A program made the position numbers and the translations under genes. Below are positions 42,527-52,834 of a stretch of 57,197 bases of DNA, piece after piece; position 1 is the stretch's first letter; each line of letters starts with the position of its first letter. The DNA comes from Candidatus Hydrogenedentota bacterium. GTDB taxonomy: Bacteria; Hydrogenedentota; Hydrogenedentia; Hydrogenedentales; SLHB01. The DNA lies in NCBI GenBank assembly GCA_045863335.1, contig BTVY01000048.1:1395-58591 (forward strand), in the 5' to 3' direction. The notes below the pieces were generated by a model that saw nothing but the letters and a program-made list of their open reading frames with translations, ran no database searches and was not told the origin of the DNA.

Positions 42527-42840
42527 GTCCGTTGAGCCGTTGTAAGCGCTTATGCTGCAACCACCTCGGCGGAAGCGAGATTTACATATAGCTCATCTCT
42601 GCTTATTAGTTTGTCAATTCAGATATATGTTTGTACGAAATGGTAAAATTCATGTTTTGTACTATTGTCTTTTGGTGCACTTGACGGTGCTCGATGTCCT
42701 CCCCCGTATGGGGGTATCCTGAAGAAGTTGTGTGGTCCGGCGCGATAGTCTTCGCAACCAACCGCATACGTGGGGCATCGTACCCAATACCACGGAGAAG
42801 GCCAGCAGCGCACGCGGCCTCATTGAAAGGAGCATCGACT

Positions 42841-43680
42841 TTGCGTTTGCGATTGTGCCTGTCCGTGCTATGCGCCGCTTGGCTTTTGACGGTCCCCCGC
42901 GCAATGTGTTGCACGATCTTCATGGCCGAAAGCGATGGCGCGGTGCTGGCCGGCAACAACGAGGACTACTACCTGGACGCCAAGCCCCTGATGTGGGTGA
43001 TGCCGGCCAAGAAGGAAGACCACGGACGAATCTGCTTCGGGTTCGACGAGGGGATGTTTTCCCGATTCGCCCAGGGTGGCGTGAACGATGCGGGTCTTTT
43101 CTTCGATGCCGCCGTGACCCCGCCCGGCCCCGAGCCTTCCAGGAATGGCAAAATCAAAGCCCCATCAAACATGGGTGATCGCATGCTGGCGGATTGCGCG
43201 ACGGTCGAGGAGGCCATCGCGTGGTTGGAACGTCGCCACCTGACGCTATTGCGTGGCTCCCACCTGCTGCTGGCGGATGCCGGAGGCGACGCCGCAGTGG
43301 TCGAACTGGTCGAGGGCGAGATGCGCGTCTTTCGCAAAGACGGCTCCTGTCTTGCCGCAACCAATTTCTCACTGGCGAATCCCGGCGCGGGAAACTACCC
43401 CTGTCTCCGCTACGCGCTCGTTACCGAAGTGCTCGGCGGAGATGAAGCGACCACGGTCGATTCGTTCACAAAAATCCTTCAGGCTTGCGCCGCTCCACGA
43501 ACCCCAATCGGCGACTCGGGCAGGGAAGGGGGCACGCTGTATTCGAACGTTTATGACCTGACGAACCAGGTCATTCATCTCTATCGGAAGGGTGGGTTCG
43601 ACGATCCGATTCGAATCGACGTTCGGGCCTATCTGGAGCGTGGCGTCGAAACGTACCGGCTCGATGAGATGGACGAATGA
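42841..43680 (+). CDS. Secreted Ntn-hydrolase (peptidase C45 / linear amide C-N hydrolase-like)
   Basis: AAAGGAG before a TTG start, signal peptide, then C-T-I-F..AGNNED, GGVNDAGL and ATNF. Confidence 0.75.
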   Translation: MRLRLCLSVLCAAWLLTVPRAMCCTIFMAESDGAVLAGNNEDYYLDAKPLMWVMPAKKEDHGRICFGFDEGMFSRFAQGGVNDAGLFFDAAVTPPGPEPSRNGKIKAPSNMGDRMLADCATVEEAIAWLERRHLTLLRGSHLLLADAGGDAAVVELVEGEMRVFRKDGSCLAATNFSLANPGAGNYPCLRYALVTEVLGGDEATTVDSFTKILQACAAPRTPIGDSGREGGTLYSNVYDLTNQVIHLYRKGGFDDPIRIDVRAYLERGVETYRLDEMDE

Positions 43681-43737
43681 CCGTTCAGAGCGCACCGCCA
43701 CGCGCAGCAGTGAATCCACGGAAACACCTGCAAGTGT

Positions 43738-43767
43738 TTGACAACTAAGTGCTGAGATTGCTACGCT
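43738..43767 (+). promoter_or_regulatory. Sigma-70 promoter of trpD
   Basis: TTGACA-N18-TACGCT with an extended TG. Confidence 0.65.
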
Positions 43768-43845
43768 TCCGTGCTTTCGTGGCTGGTTACTTCACGCGTC
43801 TTTTTCCCGCGCGAAACGTACACAACACCCCGGCAAGGCAACCGC

Positions 43846-44862
43846 ATGATTCAAGAAGCAATCGCTGTCCTCATAGAAGGACAGAATCTTTCCCGCGAAC
43901 AGGCTGCGGAAGCCCTGCGCGACATCATGACCGGCAACGCCACCCCCGCGCAGATCGGCGCGTTTCTGGTTGCCATGCGCATGAAAGGGGAGACCGCAGA
44001 GGAGATCACGGGTCTGGCGGAGACCATGCGGTCCCTCGCCACGGGCATTATCGCGAAGCGGCGGCCCCTCGTGGATACCTGCGGAACCGGCGGCGACGGC
44101 GCAGGCACCTTCAACATCTCAACAACCGCAGCCTTTGTCGTGGCTGGAGCGGGCGTAGCGGTCGCCAAGCATGGCAATCGCAGCGCAAGCAGCAAATGCG
44201 GCAGCGCGGATGTGTTGGAGGCGCTGGGCGTCAAGATCGATGCCTCGCCCGAACGCGTCGCGGAATGTATCGACGAGATTGGCATCGGTTTCCTCTTTGC
44301 TCGAACGCTCCACATGGCCATGAAGAATGTAGCGGGACCCCGCCAGGAACTGAAAGTGCGGACCGTCTTCAATCTGCTTGGACCACTGACCAATCCCGCC
44401 GGGGCCTGCGGTCAGGTCATCGGCGTGCCGGACAAGATGCTCGTCCCCCTGCTCGCGGAAGGACTGGCCACGCTGGGCACGCGCCGGGCTTTTGTGGTCT
44501 CCGGTCATGATGGACTGGATGAACTGACCTTGACGGGTCCTTCGTACGTGGCCGAGGCCGCGGGCGGCCGTGTGTCCACGTATGATATCGCGCCCGAGAC
44601 ACTCGGGCTGGATCGCGCACCCCTGGACGCCGTTCTCGGCGGCGATGCCCAGGACAACGCCGCCATTCTGAAATCCGTTCTCCAGGGGCAGACGGGGCCG
44701 CAACGGGATATTGTACTCTTGAATGCGGCGGCGGGAATCCTCGCCGGGATTGACGGCGATTCGGATTGGGCGGGCGCGGTAGCGAAAGCCGGTCAGTCCA
44801 TTGACTCGGGCGCGGCACTGGCGAAATTGGAGTCGCTGATACAGTTTACGAATCGAGCGTAG
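43846..44862 (+). CDS. trpD: Anthranilate phosphoribosyltransferase
   Basis: DTCGTGGDG, NIST, KHGNRSASS and GLDE motifs. Confidence 0.97.
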   Translation: MIQEAIAVLIEGQNLSREQAAEALRDIMTGNATPAQIGAFLVAMRMKGETAEEITGLAETMRSLATGIIAKRRPLVDTCGTGGDGAGTFNISTTAAFVVAGAGVAVAKHGNRSASSKCGSADVLEALGVKIDASPERVAECIDEIGIGFLFARTLHMAMKNVAGPRQELKVRTVFNLLGPLTNPAGACGQVIGVPDKMLVPLLAEGLATLGTRRAFVVSGHDGLDELTLTGPSYVAEAAGGRVSTYDIAPETLGLDRAPLDAVLGGDAQDNAAILKSVLQGQTGPQRDIVLLNAAAGILAGIDGDSDWAGAVAKAGQSIDSGAALAKLESLIQFTNRA

Positions 44863-44904
44863 AAGCGTGACCGCTGCGGACACAAGAAAGCATGAACTAG
44901 ACCA

Positions 44905-45687
44905 ATGATTCTCGACGAAATCTGCACACACAAGCGGGAAGAAGTCAAGGCTCAACGGAGCCGCGTGTCCCTCGCTGAACTGGAGGAGCGCATCGAACAG
45001 CGCCGGCCGGCCCGGGACTTTCGCGAAGCCCTGCGCAAGCCGGGGATGAGCCTCATTGCGGAAGTGAAACGCGCTTCGCCTACCATGGGCACCGTGTTGG
45101 GCGATGTCGACCCTGCCGAACTGGCGGGCGTGTACGCTCAAGCCGGCGCGCGCGCCATCAGCGTGTTGACGGACGAACGCTTCTTCAAGGGATCCTTGAG
45201 CGATCTCACGTCGGTGCACCAGGCCGTCGCTGTCCCCTGTCTGCGCAAAGAGTTCATCATCGACGAATATCAGATCTACGAAGCCCGTGCCGCCGAGGCC
45301 GACGCCATCCTCCTGATCGTGCGGATTCTGTCCGACGAGCAGTTGAAGGATTACCAGAAACTGGCCCAATCGTTGGGCATGGGCGTCCTCGTCGAGACCC
45401 ACGACGCCGACGAAATCGAGCGGGCCATGAAGTGCGGAGCGCATATTATCGGGGTTAACAACCGGGACCTCGCCACGTTCAAGGTGGATATCAACACCAC
45501 GCTGGCGCTGAAGAAGCTGGTGCCCGGCGGATACGTGCTCGTGAGCGAGAGCGGAATCCACACGCGCGAGCATGTGCGTCGCCTCGAAGACGGCGGCATC
45601 GACGCAATCCTCGTCGGTGAGGCGCTGGTGAAGAGCGGCAACATCACCGCGAAGATTCGCGAGTTGCTCGGAGCCGACGAGAACTGA
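44905..45687 (+). CDS. trpC: Indole-3-glycerol phosphate synthase
   Basis: IAEVKRASP, SVLTD, GVNNRDL and SESGI motifs. Confidence 0.97.
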   Translation: MILDEICTHKREEVKAQRSRVSLAELEERIEQRRPARDFREALRKPGMSLIAEVKRASPTMGTVLGDVDPAELAGVYAQAGARAISVLTDERFFKGSLSDLTSVHQAVAVPCLRKEFIIDEYQIYEARAAEADAILLIVRILSDEQLKDYQKLAQSLGMGVLVETHDADEIERAMKCGAHIIGVNNRDLATFKVDINTTLALKKLVPGGYVLVSESGIHTREHVRRLEDGGIDAILVGEALVKSGNITAKIRELLGADEN

Positions 45688-45696
45688 CGCGCTTGC

Positions 45697-46356
45697 ATGG
45701 GAGCGAACAGCGCGATGGACGGCTATGTGCCCAAGGTAAAGATCTGCGGCGTAACCACGCTGGAAGACGCGTTGGTCTGCTGCGAGGCGGGAGCTGACGC
45801 CATCGGCTTCAACTTCGCGCCTGAAGCGCGGAAGCGGGGCCGGTATATCGACCCCGACGACGCGCTGAAGATCGTCGAACAATTGCCACCGTGTGTCACG
45901 ACCATCGCGGTTTGCGTCAACGAGTCGCTTACGCGAATCACGGATTTTCTGTCGTTTGTCGACCGCGCCCAGTTGCACGGTGAAGAGCCGCCAGGAGTGT
46001 GCGCACCGCTCGGCTATCGTGCGATCAAAGCGTTTCGCGCGGGGCCGGGGTTCCGGGTTAACGCGATGCTGGACTACGCCGTCGGCGCGTATCTGCTCGA
46101 TGCCTGGGCACCGGATGCGCGCGGCGGCACGGGAAAAACGTTCGACTGGCAACTGGCGCGCGATGCGGTTGGCCTTGGCAAACCGCTCATCCTGGCCGGC
46201 GGGTTGACTCCGGCCAACGTGGCGGACGCGGTGCGCCAGGTTCGCCCCTACGCGGTCGACACGGCTGGCGGCGTCGAATCGGCGCCGGGAAAGAAGGATC
46301 ATGCAGCAATTAAAGACTTTGTCCGAAATGCAAAAAGCGGATTAGCCCTACCCTGA
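45697..46356 (+). CDS. trpF: Phosphoribosylanthranilate isomerase
   Basis: VKICGVT, QLHGEE, GGTGKTFDW and LAGGL motifs. Confidence 0.96.
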   Translation: MGANSAMDGYVPKVKICGVTTLEDALVCCEAGADAIGFNFAPEARKRGRYIDPDDALKIVEQLPPCVTTIAVCVNESLTRITDFLSFVDRAQLHGEEPPGVCAPLGYRAIKAFRAGPGFRVNAMLDYAVGAYLLDAWAPDARGGTGKTFDWQLARDAVGLGKPLILAGGLTPANVADAVRQVRPYAVDTAGGVESAPGKKDHAAIKDFVRNAKSGLALP

Positions 46357-46381
46357 CGCGCGGGGCCGCTACGGCAAGTTC
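46301..46381 (+). pseudogene. Truncated trpB 5' fragment with in-frame TAG
   Basis: Matches trpB 48427-48507 but has TAG at 46343-46345 instead of TAC, and then diverges. Confidence 0.8.
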
Positions 46382-46419
46382 AGATATCTGGGGTTCTCGC
46401 AGGAATTCCCCCGCACCAT

Positions 46420-47865
46420 TCACGGCATGGGTGCGTGAATGACTTCGAATTCGGCAAAATGTAGAGGCCGCTGCCAATCAATGATTGTATCTCTTGCCTT
46501 CACTTCAAACGGAAACATGGGCAACGGGCACGACAATCGGAATCGTCCCTTCACGTTGATTTCTGGCTGCCAGGAATAGGGCGGAGGAATTGCGTCCGAT
46601 ACTGGACGCTCATTCGCGAGCCGTTCGACCGCTTTGCCCCATCTATTGCGGATGACGATGTCCGGTCCCCGATTACCGAGGCTACAATGGTATGGCAGCC
46701 CCGCGCGGTCCCGGAACGCCACATCAAAATACGCCATTCCTTTTGTTCCAGCATTCCAACCTAATACATGCACGATCGACGCGAAAGGCGGCCCGAACGG
46801 AAACCGGACCGTGCCGTTCGATGGCACCTTAATGGATGGGAAACGTTTCTCCGCCTCAGAGTCGCCCCAGAATGAGAGCGCCCCGTTTTCTTCAGGTGCC
46901 GCAAAATCACAGGCAATCATCAGGTATTCACCCGCGGGTACTTCGGCCTCGCATCCTTCCTGAATCCATAGGAAGCCCGCCTCGTTTCCGATCCGTAAAC
47001 TCGCCGGCGCGTGCTTAAAGGAAATCCGTCCCAAAGGTGCACTTGACTCGCTGACAGCGAGTACGCCTGCATCGTCCTCGATACGCAATTCCATCCACCG
47101 GTCCCCAATACGCAAGAATCGGCCCGGACGCAAAGGCTCCGAGGTAGAAGGTTCGCTTGCGGGCGTTTCGTCGAACGCCGTTACCAAATCACCGGCGAGA
47201 TATTTTGCGGTCGGCACATCAATTGCCGATAGCTCACCGAAAATGCCGTTCATATTGGAATCGGAAAGAACTGCACGAAAGGTCCGATCGAAAACGGTGA
47301 ATCGCCCTTCGCGCACACCAGCCGCTGCGGTTTTTGCACACAAAAATGAAGATCCGTTTAGCCCGGATTCCAGCCAAAAGCGGAAGTGATAAGGATCTCC
47401 GACTTTGCCCTTGGTCGACACGTCGACAATGCCAAAATCGTAGGTTGCGTAATTTATGAAGGGCCCTCCCGAAGGTTCATCAGGTATGATTCGATTCGCC
47501 ACTTCGTAAACATCATCGTCTGTCAGGTCGCCATTGTTGTTGGCGTCGCAATATAGCCTGTCGTACCCGGTGCCCGACCCGCCCGATTCATCCAGTGCTA
47601 TGACGATTCGTGAATCTGCCAAAGGCAAGACTGCAAAATATGGGTAGACCGAGACGAAGTGCGGCGTGGCTGTCAACGCGGGGGGAGCGGTATGGCCCAA
47701 TTCAACCCGGTGTTCGGGCATGGACTTAATCTCGGCCGGCTCTGCCTTACGGTATACGAGCGCGCATTCCGCCTGCACTTCTGCCTGGGCAGAGGCTGCC
47801 GTTAAGAACCACGCCCAAAGCGCGAAAACTGCCGTGACTCTTCTCCAGACCAGCGCACACGTCAT
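46420..47865 (-). CDS. Secreted hypothetical protein with DxNxNGD/DxNxNG Ca-binding-like loops
   Basis: Signal peptide (..SAQA), DANNNGDLTDD and DSNMNG motifs; weaker GC3 bias than the trp genes. Confidence 0.7.
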   Translation of the reverse strand: MTCALVWRRVTAVFALWAWFLTAASAQAEVQAECALVYRKAEPAEIKSMPEHRVELGHTAPPALTATPHFVSVYPYFAVLPLADSRIVIALDESGGSGTGYDRLYCDANNNGDLTDDDVYEVANRIIPDEPSGGPFINYATYDFGIVDVSTKGKVGDPYHFRFWLESGLNGSSFLCAKTAAAGVREGRFTVFDRTFRAVLSDSNMNGIFGELSAIDVPTAKYLAGDLVTAFDETPASEPSTSEPLRPGRFLRIGDRWMELRIEDDAGVLAVSESSAPLGRISFKHAPASLRIGNEAGFLWIQEGCEAEVPAGEYLMIACDFAAPEENGALSFWGDSEAEKRFPSIKVPSNGTVRFPFGPPFASIVHVLGWNAGTKGMAYFDVAFRDRAGLPYHCSLGNRGPDIVIRNRWGKAVERLANERPVSDAIPPPYSWQPEINVKGRFRLSCPLPMFPFEVKARDTIIDWQRPLHFAEFEVIHAPMP

Positions 47866-48054
47866 TGGTCGAGCTTCCCCACTTACGGTCCCGCATCAAC
47901 GGTCTCTTACCGTATAACTATACAATGCGCGCCAAAATGGTTTCTTAATACCAGCAAATAAACCGCTAGACCTGAACGTTCGTGAAACGGGAATAAGGCT
48001 TATCGGAAGTGACGCAGAAAACTCATGACCAGGCGCGTCGGCGTCCGGCTCCGT

Positions 48055-48084
48055 TTGACATCTAAGTGCTGAAATTGCTACGGT
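48055..48084 (+). promoter_or_regulatory. Duplicated trp promoter upstream of trpBA
   Basis: TTGACA-TCTAAGTGCTGAAATTGC-TACGGT versus TTGACA-ACTAAGTGCTGAGATTGC-TACGCT at 43738. Confidence 0.75.
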
Positions 48085-48157
48085 TCAGGGCTTTCGTGGC
48101 CCATTATCTCTCGCTCTCGATATGCGTGTGATATCCGAACTCCGGCAAGGCATTCGA

Positions 48158-48483
48158 ATGATTCAAGACGCTATCGCCGTTCAAATCGAAGGTCGCGCCC
48201 TTCGAACATGCCACGGTATCACTGGGCCGGAATTCGGCGTATCTCGGAAAGCCGTGCGCATGAACGGGGAGACGGCAAAGGACACTTGCAGCCTCGCGAA
48301 GAATATGCGCTTGGGCAAACCGGTCATCCTATACTCCGGCCAACGTGGCGGACGCGGTGCGCCAGGTTCGCCCCCACGCGGTCGACACGGCTGGCGGCGT
48401 CGAATCGGCGCCGGGAAAGAAGGATCATGCAGCAATTAAAGACTTTGTCCGAAATGCAAAAAGCGGATTACCCGTACCCTGAC
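48158..48483 (+). pseudogene. Decayed trpD'-'trpF fusion relic
   Basis: [29 protein letters not shown] (TrpD N-terminus) joined to GKPVIL and the trpF 3' end, with a frameshifting deletion. Confidence 0.85.
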
Positions 48484-49668
48484 GCGCGGGGCCGCTACGG
48501 CAAGTTCGGCGGACGATACGTTCCCGAAACCTTGATGCACCCGCTCCAGGAACTCGAGCGCGCCTACGCCGAGGCGAAAGCCGACCCGGAGTTCTTGCGG
48601 GTGCTTTCGAAGTACCAGGCAGACTACGTGGGCCGGCCTACGCCGCTCTACTTTGCGTCCGGACTCACGGAACACTTCGGCGGTGCGAAGGTCTATCTAA
48701 AGCGCGAAGACCTCGCCCATACCGGCGCACACAAGATCAACAACGCGCTCGGGCAAGTCCTGCTCGCGAAGCGTATGGGTAAGCAGCGCATCATCGCGGA
48801 AACCGGCGCCGGGCAGCATGGCGTGGCCACGGCCACGGCCTGCGCGCTTCTCGGACTCGATTGCGAAGTCTACATGGGCACCGAAGACATGGAGCGGCAG
48901 GCCCTGAACGTGTTCCGCATGCGCTTGCTCGGCGCGAAAGTCACCGGGGTACCGAACGGCACGAAGACCCTCAAGGACGCCATCAACGAGGCCATGCGCG
49001 ATTGGGTGAGCAATGTCGAGGATACCCACTACGTGCTGGGAACGGTGGAAGGTCCGCATCCCTACCCGCTCATTTGCCGCGATTTTCAGAGTGTCATTGG
49101 ACGCGAAGCGCGCGTCCAGATTCTCGAGCGCGAAAGCCGCCTCCCCGATCTCCTCATTGCCTGCGTCGGCGGCGGGAGTAACGCCATCGGCCTCTTTTTC
49201 GACTTCATCCTGGAAGAGCAGGTCAAGATGATCGGCGTGGAAGCGGGTGGCCACGGTCCCGAAACCGGCGAACACGCGGCCCGGTTCGCCGGCGGTGTCG
49301 TCGGTATGCTTCACGGGGCGATGAGCTACGTTCTGCAGGATAGCGACGGCCAGATCATGGGTACCCATAGCGTCTCCGCCGGTCTCGATTACCCCAGTGT
49401 CGGACCCGAGCATGCGTATTGGAAGAGCATCGGCCGGGTCGATTACGCCTACGCCAACGACGACGAGGCGTTGGAAGCCTTCCAATTGATTAGCCGTCTC
49501 GAAGGGATTATCCCCGCGCTCGAGAGCGCCCACGCCATTGCCCACGCCGCGAAGGTGGTCCCCAAAATGTCCAAAGACGAGGTCGTCGTCATCAACCTTT
49601 CGGGCCGCGGCGACAAGGACGTGCAGCAGGCCGCCCGGTTCATCCTGGGCGAGGAGGAGCAGTCGTGA
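48427..49668 (+). CDS. trpB: Tryptophan synthase beta chain (start at 48427 or 48454)
   Basis: [24 protein letters not shown] and NLSGRGDKD motifs. Confidence 0.97.
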   Translation: MQQLKTLSEMQKADYPYPDARGRYGKFGGRYVPETLMHPLQELERAYAEAKADPEFLRVLSKYQADYVGRPTPLYFASGLTEHFGGAKVYLKREDLAHTGAHKINNALGQVLLAKRMGKQRIIAETGAGQHGVATATACALLGLDCEVYMGTEDMERQALNVFRMRLLGAKVTGVPNGTKTLKDAINEAMRDWVSNVEDTHYVLGTVEGPHPYPLICRDFQSVIGREARVQILERESRLPDLLIACVGGGSNAIGLFFDFILEEQVKMIGVEAGGHGPETGEHAARFAGGVVGMLHGAMSYVLQDSDGQIMGTHSVSAGLDYPSVGPEHAYWKSIGRVDYAYANDDEALEAFQLISRLEGIIPALESAHAIAHAAKVVPKMSKDEVVVINLSGRGDKDVQQAARFILGEEEQS

Positions 49669-50483
49669 ACCGCATAGATGCCCGATTCAAATGGCTGGCC
49701 GAGCGGGGGCAGTCCGCTTTCATCCCCTACATCACCGCAGGCGATCCGACGCTCGATGCGACCGCGCAGGTGGTTCTCGAACTGGAAAAGGCCGGAGCGG
49801 ACGTGATCGAACTCGGCATCCCCTTCTCCGATCCCATCGCCGACGGCGTCGTGAACCAGGAAGCTGCGTTCCGCGCACTAAAGAACCACGTCAGCCTTCA
49901 CGACGTCGTGAAGATGGTGGGGGAACTGCGCAATTCCACCGAGATTCCATTATTGCTCTTTACGTATTACAATCCCGTGCTGGCCTACGGCGTGGAGACT
50001 TTTGCGAAGGACTGCAAAGCCGCGGGCGTGGACGGGGTTCTGTGCGTCGATCTCCCGCCGGAGGAGGACACCGAGTACAAGCGTTGTCTCGATGAAGCGG
50101 GGATTGCGACAGTCTTTCTCATTGCGCCGACAAGCACTCCGGACCGCGTTGAACTGCTGGCCAAGAGTTCGACCGGGTTCATTTATTACGTGTCGCGCAC
50201 CGGCGTGACCGGCGTCCGCGCCAGTATGGAGACCAGCGTGAAGGGCATGGTGGATGCCATCAAGAAACACACCAAAACCCCGGTGGCGGTCGGGTTCGGC
50301 ATCTCCAAGCCCGAGCACGCCGTGGAAGTCGCCGGGTACGCCGACGGCGTAATCGTGGGCAGCGCAATCGTCAGGATGATCGGCGAGTTGGGAGTTTCGG
50401 CGGACATGGCACAGAAAGTAGGGGCCTTCGTGAAAACCCTCGCCGACGCCACGAAGTCGGGCAAGGTGAGCACCCGTGAATAG
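49665..50483 (+). CDS. trpA: Tryptophan synthase alpha chain
   Basis: [17 protein letters not shown] and VGFGIS motifs. Confidence 0.97.
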   Translation: MNRIDARFKWLAERGQSAFIPYITAGDPTLDATAQVVLELEKAGADVIELGIPFSDPIADGVVNQEAAFRALKNHVSLHDVVKMVGELRNSTEIPLLLFTYYNPVLAYGVETFAKDCKAAGVDGVLCVDLPPEEDTEYKRCLDEAGIATVFLIAPTSTPDRVELLAKSSTGFIYYVSRTGVTGVRASMETSVKGMVDAIKKHTKTPVAVGFGISKPEHAVEVAGYADGVIVGSAIVRMIGELGVSADMAQKVGAFVKTLADATKSGKVSTRE

Positions 50484-50547
50484 ATCGTGAATTGGGCGTG
50501 AGGGCCGCAATGTGCCAATCGACTGGACGGTCACAAGTACGAGTTCC

Positions 50548-50748
50548 TCCGCAGATGACGCAGATTTACGCGACTAAAGACAAGATTTTGCCTGTCCACC
50601 GATTGCACAGATTTTCACCGATTCAAGAGGTAAGAATCACAAGGAGAACGGGCGTCTCGCCCGTTGCCTGAGTGGCAGTGATTGGGATGGATGCTCCAGT
50701 TTTGATATTAGAATTTGTTTCGGATTTCGAATTTCGGATTTCGGATTT
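50548..50748. repeat. Cluster of short repeats: ~9-10-bp-period CCGATT/CAGAT runs, a family B REP and (TTTCGGA)-type heptamers
   Basis: 50595-50623 is the reverse complement of the AATCGGTG runs at 3503-3532 and 38430-38459; heptamer run at 50718-50748. Confidence 0.7.
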
Positions 50749-50765
50749 GTCCACACGGGGAAAAC

Positions 50766-51644
50766 ATGAACACCGATCACCTTGATCTACAGACGCTCGA
50801 CACGCTCTTCTATATCGTATCCTTCGCTGTCGGCGCTGTGGTCGGCAGCTTCTTGAACGTCTGCGTCTACCGTTTGCCGGCGGGACTTTCCGTAGTCACG
50901 CCGCGCTCGCGATGTCCCAAGTGCGAATCGCCCATTCAGTGGTACGACAACATCCCCATGGTCAGTTGGCTGGTCCTCGGGGCGAAATGCCGCAACTGCA
51001 AGACCCCGATTAGTTGGCAGTATCCCCTGGTCGAAGCTATCACAGCGCTGCTTTTCCTGGCCGTGTATTGGCAGTTCGGGCTGACCCTCGCGACGCCCAT
51101 CTACATGTTGCTTGTTGCGTCCATGGTGCTCGTCACATTCGTTGATCTCACTGACTGGACCATCCCCAATGAAGTGACCTTCCCCGGCATGCCCATCGGT
51201 ATCGTCTGCGCGCTCATCGCCATGTTCTATCCCGAGAGCGGACTCTTCGTGCTCGGCTCCCTCGAACCGGTCTTCAACTCGCTCATCGGTCTCCTGGTCG
51301 GGGGCGGCGTGCTTTATCTTCTGGACAAATTGACCATGGCCGTGCTCAAGAAACGCGGCATGGGCTTTGGCGATGTGAAACTGCTCGCAATGCTCGGCGC
51401 GTTCTTCGGATATCCCGGCGTCGTTCTCATCATCATGCTGGCCTCCTTCATCGGCAGCATCATCGGTGTCGCGATGCTGGTCATCGAGAAGGGGAAGAAG
51501 CGCAGTCTCGAAACCGAAGAAGGCGAACAGACCGGCCACTACCTGCCCTTCGGACCCTATCTTGCCCTGGGCGGCGTCATCGTCTGCCTCTTCGGGCAGC
51601 AGATCTACGATTGGTACTTTGACTATCTGGGCGTGACCCAGTAG
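50766..51644 (+). CDS. pilD: Prepilin peptidase / N-methyltransferase
   Basis: GSFLNVCVYRLP, two CxxC pairs, GMGFGDVKL and PFGPYL. Confidence 0.93.
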   Translation: MNTDHLDLQTLDTLFYIVSFAVGAVVGSFLNVCVYRLPAGLSVVTPRSRCPKCESPIQWYDNIPMVSWLVLGAKCRNCKTPISWQYPLVEAITALLFLAVYWQFGLTLATPIYMLLVASMVLVTFVDLTDWTIPNEVTFPGMPIGIVCALIAMFYPESGLFVLGSLEPVFNSLIGLLVGGGVLYLLDKLTMAVLKKRGMGFGDVKLLAMLGAFFGYPGVVLIIMLASFIGSIIGVAMLVIEKGKKRSLETEEGEQTGHYLPFGPYLALGGVIVCLFGQQIYDWYFDYLGVTQ

Positions 51645-51658
51645 AGGAGAATGCAGTC

Positions 51659-52834
51659 TTGCTACGTTTTCTGACAGCGGGCGAATCCCACGGCCGCGGT
51701 GTGTTTTGTATGGTCGACGGATTTCCCGCTGGACTGAAGGTGCAACCCGAAGACATCAACTTCTGGTTGGCCGAACGCCAGAAGGGCTACGGCCGTGGCG
51801 GACGCCAGCGCATCGAGAAAGACGAGGTCGATATGCTCGCCGGCATGCGTGGCGGCATCACGCTCGGCGGTCCCCTCCTCATGGCGGTGTGGAACCGCGA
51901 CTTCAAGAACTGGACCGATGCCATGGACCCGTGGAAACCGTCCACCGGCCCCCGCGCCACGAAGATTGTCGAACCGCGTCCTGGTCACGCCGATCTCGTC
52001 GGGGCCATGAAATACGAGCACGACGACTGCCGCAACGTCCTCGAACGCGCCTCCGCGCGCGAGACCGCCGGCCGCGTGGCCGCAGGCGCGTTATGCCGCA
52101 AACTGCTCGCCGAGTTCGGCGTCGACATGGCGGCTCACGTGACGCAAATTGGCAACGTTACCGCCAAGACCGACAAGGTCGCATCGGAAGACATTCGCAA
52201 ACTCTCGATGAAATCCCAGGTCCGCTGCTGCGACAAGAACGCCGGCGCCAAGATGATCGAGGCAATCAAGAAAGCCAAGCGCGACAAGGACTCCCTCGGC
52301 GGCGAGGTCGAAGTACGTGCATGGGGTCTCCCACCCGGTATCGGCACCTTTGTGCAGTGGGACCGTAAACTCGACGCCCGCATCGCCCAGGCCATGCTCA
52401 GCATTCAGGCCGTGAAAGGCGTTGACGTGGGTATCGGGTTCCGCGGCACCGGACGCCCCGGCAGCAAGTATCACGATGAGATTGTCTATTCCGGCGAGGA
52501 GCGCATCGGCGGCCATTACCGGCGGCTTAGCAACAATCTCGGCGGCACCGAAGGCAGCATGACCACCGGCGAAGACCTCATCGTGCGCGTCGCCAAGAAA
52601 CCTATCTCGACCCTCATGAAGCCCCTGCGCAGCGTCAACATGGAAACGCGCGAAGCGGCTCTGGCCGTGCTTGAGCGCAGCGACACCTGCGCCGTGCCGG
52701 CCTTGGCCATCATCGTCGAATGCGCGCTGGCCATCGTGCTCGCTGAATTCTTCATCGAGAAGTTCGGGGGCGATACGGTCAACGAGATGAAGCGGAATTT
52801 CGATAGTTACGTCGCCGCCATGAACCAGCGATGA
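51659..52834 (+). CDS. aroC: Chorismate synthase
   Basis: TAGESHG, RPGHAD, ERASARETA and ERSD motifs. Confidence 0.96.
   Translation: MLRFLTAGESHGRGVFCMVDGFPAGLKVQPEDINFWLAERQKGYGRGGRQRIEKDEVDMLAGMRGGITLGGPLLMAVWNRDFKNWTDAMDPWKPSTGPRATKIVEPRPGHADLVGAMKYEHDDCRNVLERASARETAGRVAAGALCRKLLAEFGVDMAAHVTQIGNVTAKTDKVASEDIRKLSMKSQVRCCDKNAGAKMIEAIKKAKRDKDSLGGEVEVRAWGLPPGIGTFVQWDRKLDARIAQAMLSIQAVKGVDVGIGFRGTGRPGSKYHDEIVYSGEERIGGHYRRLSNNLGGTEGSMTTGEDLIVRVAKKPISTLMKPLRSVNMETREAALAVLERSDTCAVPALAIIVECALAIVLAEFFIEKFGGDTVNEMKRNFDSYVAAMNQR

Noticed and set aside
43681-43845. trp attenuator or leader peptide
   Set aside because: No short Trp-rich ORF or convincing terminator/antiterminator pair was seen.
44119-46302. 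727-aa antisense ORF over trpDCF
   Set aside because: Shadow ORF with no independent coding evidence.
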